A stretch of 64,000 bases of DNA from Cirrosporium novae-zelandiae (lineage: Eukaryota), in the NCBI GenBank assembly GCA_026023565.1, contig JAPETS010000036.1:1-64000 (forward strand), read 5' to 3'. The notes under the pieces were generated by a model that did not search any database, had not been told where the DNA came from, and saw only the letters and a list, made by a program, of their open reading frames with translations. This document shows positions 53,286-64,000 of the stretch, one piece after another; the first letter of the stretch is position 1; the number at the start of each line of letters is the position of its first letter. The position numbers were made by a program, and so were the translations under genes.

Positions 53286-53494
53286 TTAACTATTATGTGC
53301 TTTGCAGTAATTGTCCAGCAGGGTTAACCTCTGCCATACCTCGGTAGGTAAATAGAAAATACAGGAAAGCGGCAGGTAATTTTCAACACGTAAGAATAAA
53401 AACTAAGGTGGCGGAGATGTTCGGTGAAATCTAGCTTCATCCATGAACGAGGGAAGGCTAGAATATGGCTACAGACAAGACAGTGGAACAACAT
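53286..53494 (-). promoter_or_regulatory. Candidate spliced uORF ending Leu-Pro-Ser-stop in the MATE leader
   Basis: In-frame ATGs at 53494 and 53440. A predicted 50-nt GTATGG..TAG intron (53339-53290) joins CTA CCG AG|T TAA. Confidence 0.45.
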
Positions 53495-53936
53495 ATTGAA
53501 ATCCAATCGGGGAAGGACAAGTTCGCGAGAGCATTGCAGTAGCACAGTGCCGGTAATGAATGAGAAATCAAAGAATAATACCTACCAGTCATTAGGTAGT
53601 GTGGGAAGTGAAGACGCATGGTAATGTCAGAATCCCTTATCTTGAGAAAACAGTTGCTGATAGGATTAGGTCACGGCGCAAAAGCAGCCAAAGAGGACCC
53701 ATGATTAAATATTGGAGTGTGCATAGGGATAGGTAATCAAAGTGTAAAGAGACGGTTGATGATTGGAGAAGGTTCGAAGATGCATATTGTACAATTTACG
53801 TGTGTCATTGAAACTTCAGAAACAGGTAGTAAGTTGTAGTAAGTAAAATAGATGGAGTAATGATGGTTTTTGGGGATGTGACGGAAGTACTAAAGTAGTT
53901 TTTTGTCGGGTGTGGCTAATTACTGTAGGTGTTGGA

Positions 53937-53980
53937 GTCAGGTGTAGTCAGGTGTGGTCAGGTGTGGTCAGGTGTGGTCA
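53937..53980. repeat. 10-bp tandem repeat gtcaggtgt(a/g) x4
   Basis: Read directly from 53937-53980. Confidence 0.9.
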
Positions 53981-54574
53981 AGTATGATCGGGCCTGGGTG
54001 GAAGAAATAAGCATCCGGCTGACGGTTGCTGGTTCCGGGGACTTCCTTGGTTTAGTCTTGGCGTCTTGGCATATTTGCACCCTTATGCACCCTTATCAGG
54101 CCAAGATCAATCTTTTATGTTTTGCCTTTACGTTCTATTCACCCGAACGCGTAAAAAAAGGTTTTGGTGGGGAAGAATCATCCTCCAAGTCCTGTCAGCC
54201 TTTTTACCCATCTATACCATCCATGCCATCAATAATTCATCTAAGATTACCATATAATCCATGTACCTCGAAAAAAAAATAATCGTCTTAAATATTCCTA
54301 GTATTCTCAAAATAGCTTGCTTAAGTGAGACGGGCCATATACCGCTCCTGGGTTTTGAAGGTTCAATTGTCGCTTTTTGCATGTCTCGTCCATCAATCTC
54401 CCCTGCTTGCGATAAGGGGTCACTGACCACCATCGCTGACCACGCTCCCAAGAACTCTACTTTTTTTCCATCATGCCACTGATCTGGAAGGTCCTTTTTT
54501 CTCTTCCACTCGGTCATTACTTCATTTTTGTACGACCTTCCGGGATTTTCAGATCCTCTCCCATTTAGCTTCAG

Positions 54575-54601
54575 ATGATTCCCCTCCTCCCCGGGTCTTA
54601 A
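54575..54601 (+). promoter_or_regulatory. Short uORF MIPLLPGS-stop upstream of the HOL1-related MFS
   Basis: ATG ATT CCC CTC CTC CCC GGG TCT TAA, ending 70 nt before the MFS ATG. Confidence 0.45.
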
Positions 54602-54671
54602 AAGATAGCTTCCTGCAACATTTCCATGCATTCATTCCAGCCACGTTCCAAGAAAATCCCTATCAATTGCC

Positions 54672-56654
54672 ATGGAGTCCAACGGCCAAAGCGAGAAAGA
54701 GGACAGAATCCTAGGAGACCAGGAGCTCCCTTCCAATGAGCCTTCTAAAGATCCTAGTATGACTGAAAAAGGCGCCCTCGCTGAAACTCATCCCGAGTTA
54801 CTCAAAGATGGAATGCATCTTCATCCCCAACCTACTTCCGATCCCTTGGACCCTCTCAATTGGACTAGTATCCGAAAACATTCCGTATTAGGGATTGTAA
54901 TGCTGAAGTTAGTGCTTTTCCATAACTGTTATTCTTGCATGTTGTTTGAGGTCAAAATTCATATTGCGGGGGTGGCTATGCCGAGCTGACTGGAGATAGA
55001 TATTTCCTGTTCACATATCTCACAACAACAACAGTTCCCTCGTTTGCCGAGTTACAAACACAGTATGACATTAATGTTTCCGAGGTCAACTGGACTGTGG
55101 CAATCCCTGCTCTCGGTCTTGCAGTAGGGCCATTAATATGGTCGTCGGTGGCTGATATTTATGGCCGTCGTATTATTTTTATTGTCGGTACATTAATTGC
55201 CCTAGTGTCAACAATTGGCGCTGCCGTCGCAAATAACTTCTCTGGATATATGGCCGCAAGGTTTTTCCAAGGGTTCGGTGTCAGTCCTGGAGCAACCGTG
55301 GGTCTTGCTGTCGTTAATGAGTGAGTATCAAGATTTTTTAATCAACCTACCACCTTCTTTGAGCTAATTATATATAGCATGTTTTTTGAGTACGAGCGAG
55401 GTCAAAAAACTGGACTCTGGGTATTAGCAATTGACACCGGTCTTCTGGTCGGTCCAATTTGTGAGTTCTTGAGACCACTCGTCATAATTTGATCAATGCT
55501 AATGTTCAATAGTCGGTGGGTTTCTGGACCTTGTCAGCCCAGAATGGATCCAGTGGTTCACGGCCATTCTTTTTGGGTTTCTTCTTTGTCTAGAAGTCAT
55601 ATTCATGCCAGAAACTCTATATCCTCGTAATCACATGCTTGCGCGTATGCCAATGATATCTGGAGAGAGGGGTTCCATTGATATCGAAAAAGTTGGCCGT
55701 CGAAGAAGCGATGCTAGTGAAGTTGCCTTAGTGCGGACAAGGAATCTTCCCTTCCTCAACCTCAAACCTGTTCCTGGAATGCGTCATCCGAAGCCTTGGG
55801 ATACCATTACTCGATTTGTTTTGACCTTCAAATTTTCGGTTGTCACTATTGTGGTTTTTGCTTACTGTTTTTGCTGGTATTGGTGGATACTGTCAGTCAC
55901 CACCATGATTCCCTCAGCATATATCCAGTATTCGCCACAGATCCAAGGTCTTCTCTTCATTGGCCTACTTCTTGGCACACTGTTCTCGGAGGCATTCTGC
56001 TCTGGAAGTCTCAGTGATTGGCTGGTAATCAAATTGGCCAAAAAGAACAATAATGTTCGACTTCCAGAAATGCGATTGTGGCTTGCATATCCAGCAGCAG
56101 CATTAAGTGCCAGTAGGTCTTTTCAAATCGTATGATGCTTCGGATCTAACGTCACCGCTAGTTGGATTGATTATTTGGGGTATTAGCATCGATAAAGGCT
56201 ATCATTGGATTGTTGGACAGATTGCGTTTTTCCTATGTAAGTTTAGATTTTTTGAACTTTGAAATTTTCTAGGTGAGATTGCTGACCTTCATTATTAGTT
56301 GCTGCCGGAATTCAGATGGGAAATACTGTTGTCTGCAGTTATATTGTAGACTGTTATCCTCTTCAGTCGATGAGCATAATTGCTTTCTATTCTGTGTTGT
56401 TAAACTTGAGTGCATTCATAGACCCAGTAAGTAGCCATGGCGCCCGCAGACAATCCTTACCTAATGTTGGATGACAGTTCTTCATCGTTCCTTGGCAGGC
56501 TGCAGATGGATGGACCTGGTGTTTTGCTGCACAGGGCATATTAACATTCTTTCTTTCTGTTCCAATAATTTCCGGGGTACACTACTTCGGACCTAGGCTT
56601 AGGGAACTATCTGGGCAACCAACATGGGTTAATCCGGAGTATGATGACTTATGA
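54672..56654 (+). CDS. MFS transporter, DHA1/HOL1-related
   Basis: PQPTSDPLDPLNW, ADIYGRR, MAARFFQGFG, ERGQKTGLW, MPETLY, LPEMRLW, YIVDCYP; six introns; ends NPEYDDL-stop. Confidence 0.88.
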
Positions 56655-57321
56655 ACAGTTTAAAAAAATATCATGAAAAAAGGAAATGGCTAAGAAATGG
56701 ACGATATATGCAATATATAACGCAAGACGGTCTCATACGATGTTGGAGAAGTGAATGACCATTAATCGAAAGCTGTATTGGACATTGACATAACGTTGTT
56801 GGGCCAGCGGAGAAGATGCATACCTCAATCTAGGTACTTGGGAGTAATAATATAGTTATGAGTGAGGTGTGCGAATGAGATGGCTGATGACTTTGGACAA
56901 GTAATGGGACACAAATTTACAATGGGGAAACGGGGCCAAATAGATTAACTTGTAGATTCAAATAGAGATGTTCAAAGGGATCATTCCATTTATTTGATGC
57001 TGTTGAAGCTTCAAGAAAATTAGATACGTCTGAAAGTGTGTGTCAGCCTATCGGGGTTAGACGGTCATGTGCAGCCGAGTGACGTACTCGAGTATCTTTT
57101 AAACACTTACAGTAGCATGATAACAGCTTCATGACCCTTATTTGATATCTTTAACTAGCATTTATCTAGATCTATTCTAATTATTTTTTACAAACTAGCC
57201 CTGGATATGCTGCTTGTCTTTCTATTATCCAAATCCCTTGATTTTTCCAGCAGACTTTCTGCTTCATTGGCATTCTTCCTTACCTAACTTTTATCTGAAG
57301 ATTTACGCAGGACATTCAACC

Positions 57322-59000
57322 ATGACAGACGTTCACCATGAGCTCAGCGACGAGCGCACTCCTCTCCTTTCCACGGCTAGAGATAATCGTACCGATGCAC
57401 TCTCCGCCAGAAATCAAAACTTTAAGCTTTACGTGTCAGTAATGCTCGCAGCATTTGTGGTTGTAATCAACTTTGGAGAGATTATTCAGCTTGCTCCTCA
57501 GACACGGGTTATGGAATCAATATACTGCCGTGAATATTACAAGGAGGTGGATCCGTCGCTGATTGACGAGCATGGAAATGTTCCTGAGCGGTACTGCAAG
57601 ATCGATCCCGTCCAGAGCAATGTTGCCTACCTGATCGGAGGAGTTTGGTTCTTCCAATTCCTGCCGGGGCTGTTTCTTGCTCTTCCCTACGGTGCTTTGG
57701 CCGATAAATATGGTCGAAAGTGGATTCTGGCTCTAAATGCGATTGTTGCCTTCCTTCAGAATATTGCAGTATACATAATCTTGGCATATCCACACATATT
57801 CCCACTTCAGTTGATTTGGCTGGTGAGTGTTGGAGCGGTGTTCGGAGGAGGAAACGTTGTTATAACCGCACTAGTTTTTGCTATTATTGCAGACGTCTTC
57901 ACCGAGGCCGAGAGGACAAATGTTTTCTTCTGGCTTGTCTCGGCATATCTGCTCCCAGACGTCTTCGCCCCATTTCTGAGCTCGTTTCTTATGCGCTGGA
58001 GCCCATGGCTACCAATGTCCATTGGAGTTGCTTCGTACATGATCCCAGTCATCATCGCAATAATGCTGCCAGAGACTCTTTCAATACTAGAAGAAAAACT
58101 CGGGCATACCAAGCACATGCTCAATGAAATACAAGGTGATGACACACCTGCAGAAGATTCCAATGAAGAACATAATACCTGGACCCATTGGGCTCGACGC
58201 GGGCTTAACTGGATCTACGATTCCGTCTATTTTGCCTTCACCGACCTACGGGTAGCATTCCTCCTCGGGGCATTTGTCATTTACACCCAGGGACTCATAT
58301 CCATCCGAATGGTCCTGCAATACATTTCCACACGCTATCACTGGACGTATGCGCAGGCGCAGGTTCTCCGCTCAGTTCAAGCCACCATTAAGATCGTGGT
58401 CAATCTTGCCGTGCTCCCTCCCCTCAGCAAATGGTTGATGGAAAAGAGAAACTTGTCTAGTAAATCAAAGGACCTGTACATGGCTCGCGCATGCTTTATA
58501 TGCTACTGTCTCTCATGGTTCGTCGAAGCCATAGCTCCCAATGTCATCATAGCCACCCTCGGTAAGCACCCCCTCCCCCTCCAATAAAACAATTCTCCTC
58601 TTTCTAACATTCCCTAGGTCTCGCAATCTACGCCCTCGGTAACGCCGGTAGTGCTCTAATCCGCAGCCTAGCCACCTCCCTCGTAGAACCCCACCACATC
58701 GGCCGCCTCTACGGCCTAATCTCGATCATGGAATCCATCGGCCTCATGTTGTGGGGCCCCTGGCTCGCATTCCTGTTCCATGCGGGCATGAAGATGGGTG
58801 GCGGCTGGATCGGATTGCCGTATTTAATATCCTCGCTATTTTATGGGATTGCTGTTTTGGGGCTTTTTTTCTTGAGGTTGAGACCTGGTGAGGTTGGGGA
58901 TAGGGATAGGGGGGATGAGGAGGGTAGAGGCGAGGTTTCTTCTTCTTCTCCTGCTACTTCTACTACTATAGTGGTAGAGCAGCAGCAGCACATTTCCTAA
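57322..59000 (+). CDS. MFS transporter (SLC46/PCFT-like fungal family)
   Basis: MTDVHHELSDERTPLL (dileucine-like motif), ESIYCREYY..CKIDPVQS, YGALADKYGRK, LPETL; intron 58562-58617. Confidence 0.88.
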
Positions 59001-59216
59001 TTGATTGGATGTATGTATGAATATAAATCCATAACGAGCCAACGACCAAACGACCTGAACTTTTTTTTTTACACACATACAATATGTATTCCCAAGTACC
59101 ACCGACCGTACCCTAGACCCTCGAAATAAAGAACCATAGATCTCTAGGTACAGTACATTGATTGTACATGTACAATAGTTTTCAGATTCCCCTCTCGCTA
59201 ATTACTGTATTAATTA

Positions 59217-59263
59217 GATTGGATTGGATTGGATTGGATTGGATTGGATTGGATTGGATTGGA
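59217..59263. repeat. (GATTG)n pentanucleotide microsatellite, about 9 copies
   Basis: Read directly from the sequence. Confidence 0.9.
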
Positions 59264-60955
59264 CGGATAGAGAAAAAAATGTTTTAGGAGACACTTTACA
59301 TACAATACAATACCGTACATGACCTTTTCATAGGTCTCTAGCCCACAATAGCCTACAGTACCCAGGGAGCATAGAACGAACCCAGGAAATACCTTCCCCC
59401 CCCCCCGCCCCCGGTGCCGTACGCCTCTCACCTTCTCTTCTCTCTTTGTCTCCCTCGTCTCAGAAAAAAAGTACTTTCTGGACTAAGGATTTCCAATTGA
59501 AACTTTTTATATTTATTCATTATTTATTATAGTTAACCTATCCATGTATATCTATGTATATCCATTATCCTTGTTATCTATTTATTGACGACGAGGGAGG
59601 AGGGAGTGTGTTAATAGATTAGGTAGGTAGGTAGGTAGTGTGATATGAAAATGATATCGTAGATACATACACACACAAACATACATAAATAAATAGCCCC
59701 TCCCTCCCTCTCTCCCTCTATCTCCCAACCTTCTTTTCTAACGTCTAACTACTTAACTAATTAATCTAGATAGATTTTACCTAGGTATATAATTCTTATA
59801 GATATCGTATATTGGTTATTAGTACATGTACAGTACAAGTAATAATGGCACCACGGTTTTTACTTTCAACTTTCTTCCCCCTTCTCCCTCACCGCATACA
59901 TACCAACTCTACAGCCCATCTAAGTAACATATTCTCCTATCCCCCTCCCCCCTTTCACCTCCTAGTCGAAAATATCCCCTAATACAATTCACGTCACGTC
60001 ATTGGCTATTCCCTTCCCTTCCCTTCCCTTCCCTCCTGGCCTAGCACGCCTAGCCATTGGTCGGTTGGTTGTGTTGGTTGAGTCGTGTTGCTTTAAAATT
60101 AATAATGTTTGTTTTCCTGATTTTGGATGGTGTGGTTTAGGGGTAGTGGGTCGTGGGTAGGGTTATGAGTGATTATGCTGGGATGGTTGGTTTGGGAGGG
60201 AGGGAGAGAGGGAAGGGGGGGGGGGTAATTCATGTGTCAGGAATCATGGTTATTAATCTGGATGGCGGCCCTGCTCATCGCGGTTTACAGGACGAAAAAA
60301 TCACATACGGTATCTAGTATATCATACTGTACATGTTGGAGTAGCGGGAATGGTCTAGAAATATCATTGTAGCGGGATCCTGACGGAGACTAGAGGCCGT
60401 GGGGATTGATTTGAAATTTAAGAGGCTGTGTTGTGTTATGATAAGAGTATTATGCGTGCTTTGAAAGAGGTGGGAGTTGAGGAGTCGGGGATTGGGGCGA
60501 GTCTCATTCCGGTCTTCTTTCCTACGTATTCGGCTATTTGCGTGAGAAGAAGGAGATGGCGTTCTGGGATGTTGCAATCGACGAAAAGAGGAGACTGCTG
60601 GGAGAGGAAATTAGGAATCTAGCTGCAAAAAGAATCTATGAAGACAATTAACAATGCGTCCGAGAGGCGGAGAGGTAGGAAGCGGAGAATCAATGCTACT
60701 AGGACCAGCAATAGCATAGAATCATCAATTTCATAATTGGTTAGAAATTGCGATCGAGAATGCAACCAGTCAAGAGCCCGAAAGCGTTTTATTCTTGAAA
60801 GTATTTAGTATTCTAATGTTTGCATATCTTCATAGCGCCAGCCCCATTCCCATACAAGAAATCTGTGGGGTATCTCATAAGCAGTAGTGGCCTATCCTTT
60901 TTAATAGCTCTATAAATCCTTTTCTGGACCTGTACTTTTCATGTTTGCATAATCA

Positions 60956-62102
60956 TCATAGCGTATCGTCGTCTTCATCGTCATCGTCGGAATATTCCCC
61001 CCGCCTCCTCATATTTGGCTTCTCCCCTCGTCTGGTAGGATCCATTCTCGGAGCGCTAAAGGCATCAAGCCATTCTTCTTTGGTCATGTTTGCTTTAAGT
61101 ACGTTTGCTTCATTCGAGTTTGGGGCAAACATTGTCTCGAAATATTTTCCCCAGGTATCTGGATGCTGTGCGTAGGTGAATTAGAGTCAGTAAAAAAGCT
61201 TATATATAGTAGCACTTGAGATAAAAAAAGAATACCGACTTCAGTATCGACCCATCGAAAGTACTCCCATTTCTCTTCTTGGACAGCTTTCAGTGTTCTA
61301 GTAACCTCGGTTTCCGCCGTTCGTCCTTTCCCTTTGTCTGACGGTCGAGCGAGGGTTACGTTAACGGCGCGAGCTTCTGCTCCCGCCTCGTTAGCGCCTC
61401 CAGTTGGTCTCATTAATCTTTCACCTTCAGCAAGAGCATCAATATGATGAAGTTGGGGGCTTAAAGTGGCGATTCCGGAGAGTGGTGTTAGGTGAAATTC
61501 TCTTTTGCTTGTTTCTGGGTCTAGGAAATAAAATCAGTTAAGTGGTAGGAAAGGGAGACTTTAAAAGTTGTCATACTCAGTCTGAAAGTGCCAATAGCGT
61601 AGATGGGATTTCCAGCCTTAGCGCGTATAATTTGTCCCCCAATGGTCAGTTTGTCAAGCATAGGTTTGGTCTCGTCGTCCCATTGTGCCATTCGCTCATT
61701 ATGTCCCATGTCATTCTCATCTTCATCTTCATTATCTTCGTCATCTTCAGAATTGTCATCTCTTCTCTTCGATCTTGATTCAAGGCCAATCCCGAATCCT
61801 CCAGCAAGACCATGGGAACCCCCTGATGCAATCACCTTAGACTTTGCAAGCGCTTCGGCCCACATCCGGCCTTTTCGTTGGTCGTAATTGGCATTTGTTG
61901 GAATAGGAACATCGACTTCAATCTGTCCAGTTTGAGGCTTTATACGAAGTTCGCGGGGTAATGATCCATTGGCCTCATTGTAACCTTGACCTTTTCCACG
62001 TTCGGGGAACTGCAAGAGGTGAAGTTGGTACTGAGTTTGTGGGTTGAGAAAAACTGGATATTCGGCGATGACTGGATCATCATCGGAGTTATCTGAGGCC
62101 AT
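60956..62102 (-). CDS. rpc37: RNA polymerase III subunit RPC5/Rpc37 (Sin-like)
   Basis: DDDPVIAEYPVFL..LHLLQFP..ELRIKP..IEVDVP, PIYAIGTFR, FHLTPL..LSPQLHHIDA, EEKW; two introns; ends DDDTL-stop. Confidence 0.85.
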
Positions 62103-63340
62103 TTTGGTTTAATCTCGATAGCAGATAATTACTGAATAGTGAAGGCAACAGACGGGGTGAAAATAATAGATTGCAGTTTAAATAAAGACAAGAAGAGAGC
62201 AACTACCCAATGTTCGCTGGAGAGAGAGCTCTTCCGCAGTACCTTACCAAGCAGGTAGCTAATTAGACGAAAGATCTAAGGTTAGATAAGATAACAACTT
62301 CATCGTCATCAATTAAAAGACTCGGATCACTAAAAGGAACCAACTCTTCAGACTTTGATTGCTGTTGTTCCAGAGTTCCAGTAGGGGGGGCTTGGTGGCG
62401 TGTACAAAACACAGACAAAGAAATTAACGAATCAAGACAATTCCAATTATCGAGGGTTTCCTAGACATCCCATGGCTTGGATAGCTTTGGATAACCCTTG
62501 GACATGATAATTCTTTGTTGGTCCTCCGGAATTTGAATTAAATTCTCCCACCGGAAGGAGGAATTGTAAATACCTGGGTACTTTCAAAGTAATAATACTA
62601 TTAATACATAAATACACTGTACTGGAGGGTAACAAAACTACCTCTCCCACCTCTCCCACCTTTTCTCTCCCACATCTCTTTCCATCGGTGAATGTCAAGG
62701 GGGGAGGATGATCAATATCACTGAGATGGCTTTAATTTCCCTCCCCCAATCATTCCAGCCACAAGCCTTCAAAAAAAAAAGAGATACAAAATGACGTGGG
62801 GCAAAACCAAATCAAATCAAGGGTCAGGGTCAGCGATCATGTAACGTCGCGATTACTTACATGCAAACAGGTGCAGGCACGCGGGTTACCCAACAGCAGC
62901 AGCAGCAAGGTGTAGGTGGTTGAACTTTGGCCCTGCAGGGTACCAATGTTAAAAAAAATAAATAACTCTCAATGGTTATTCAATGTTGAATCAATTCTCC
63001 CTCATCCTTCCTCCTGTAACGTTGGTAGAATCTTTCGTAACCCTAAGGGAAAGAGCAACGTACCACCGGACAAAAAGACTCTTATGATACTTGTCGTGTC
63101 GTGTCGTGTACTGTGTAATTAACACGAGGCAAACGGGAGATGCTTCAATTTCAGGCTAATCATAAAGAGGCCTCTTTCTTCCAAACATTCTTAATCCATC
63201 CATCTCCCGCAGTGTCCACTCTTTTAAATTCAAACCGTTAGGACGCCATTACACCCTCATCAACAGAGGCGACGCGCAAACTCAAAACATTTTAAAGAAC
63301 TTATCGAACCTCCCCAACCATCTCCCCCAATCTCCCAAAC

Positions 63341-64000
<660 letters not shown>

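Noticed and set aside
57207..57287. uORF starting MLLV upstream of the second MFS
   Set aside because: It has no Pro-type stall motif and probably lies in a 5' UTR intron (CTAAC branch site and CAG acceptor at 57310).
60314..60740. Short minus-strand ORFs downstream of RPC5
   Set aside because: No coherent start and splice model and no recognisable domain; cannot be supported.

Overview
Gene-dense, intron-containing nuclear chromosome segment of a filamentous ascomycete (Pezizomycotina). The species cannot be determined from the sequence alone. About 23 protein-coding genes were reconstructed by hand using GT-AG introns: a secreted Ser-rich/(GGNNN)n protein cut by the window start, a membrane-anchored aspartic pseudo-protease, a Cys/Thr-rich secreted orphan, an atypical hexokinase, GILT, an Asi3-like RING ligase, xlnR, rpo41, cct1, an RBR ligase, a GNAT, dcc1, bud3, a Pth11-like receptor, an Upc2-like Zn2Cys6 factor, an Sfk1-like protein, an agmatinase-family ureohydrolase, a MATE exporter, two MFS transporters, RPC5 and gal10 (cut by the window end). 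No tRNA, rRNA, transposon or CRISPR array was found. Intergenic DNA is rich in microsatellites and short palindromes. The best lead is at 49.1-56.7 kb, where an agmatinase-like enzyme, a MATE exporter and a HOL1-related MFS are adjacent. Each has an upstream ORF resembling known polyamine/eIF5A-sensing peptides: an AUG-less PPPW frame and MDPP-stop, a splice-created LPS-stop, and MIPLLPGS-stop. This suggests a translationally polyamine-controlled gene cluster, but it is inference and needs transcript and conservation data.
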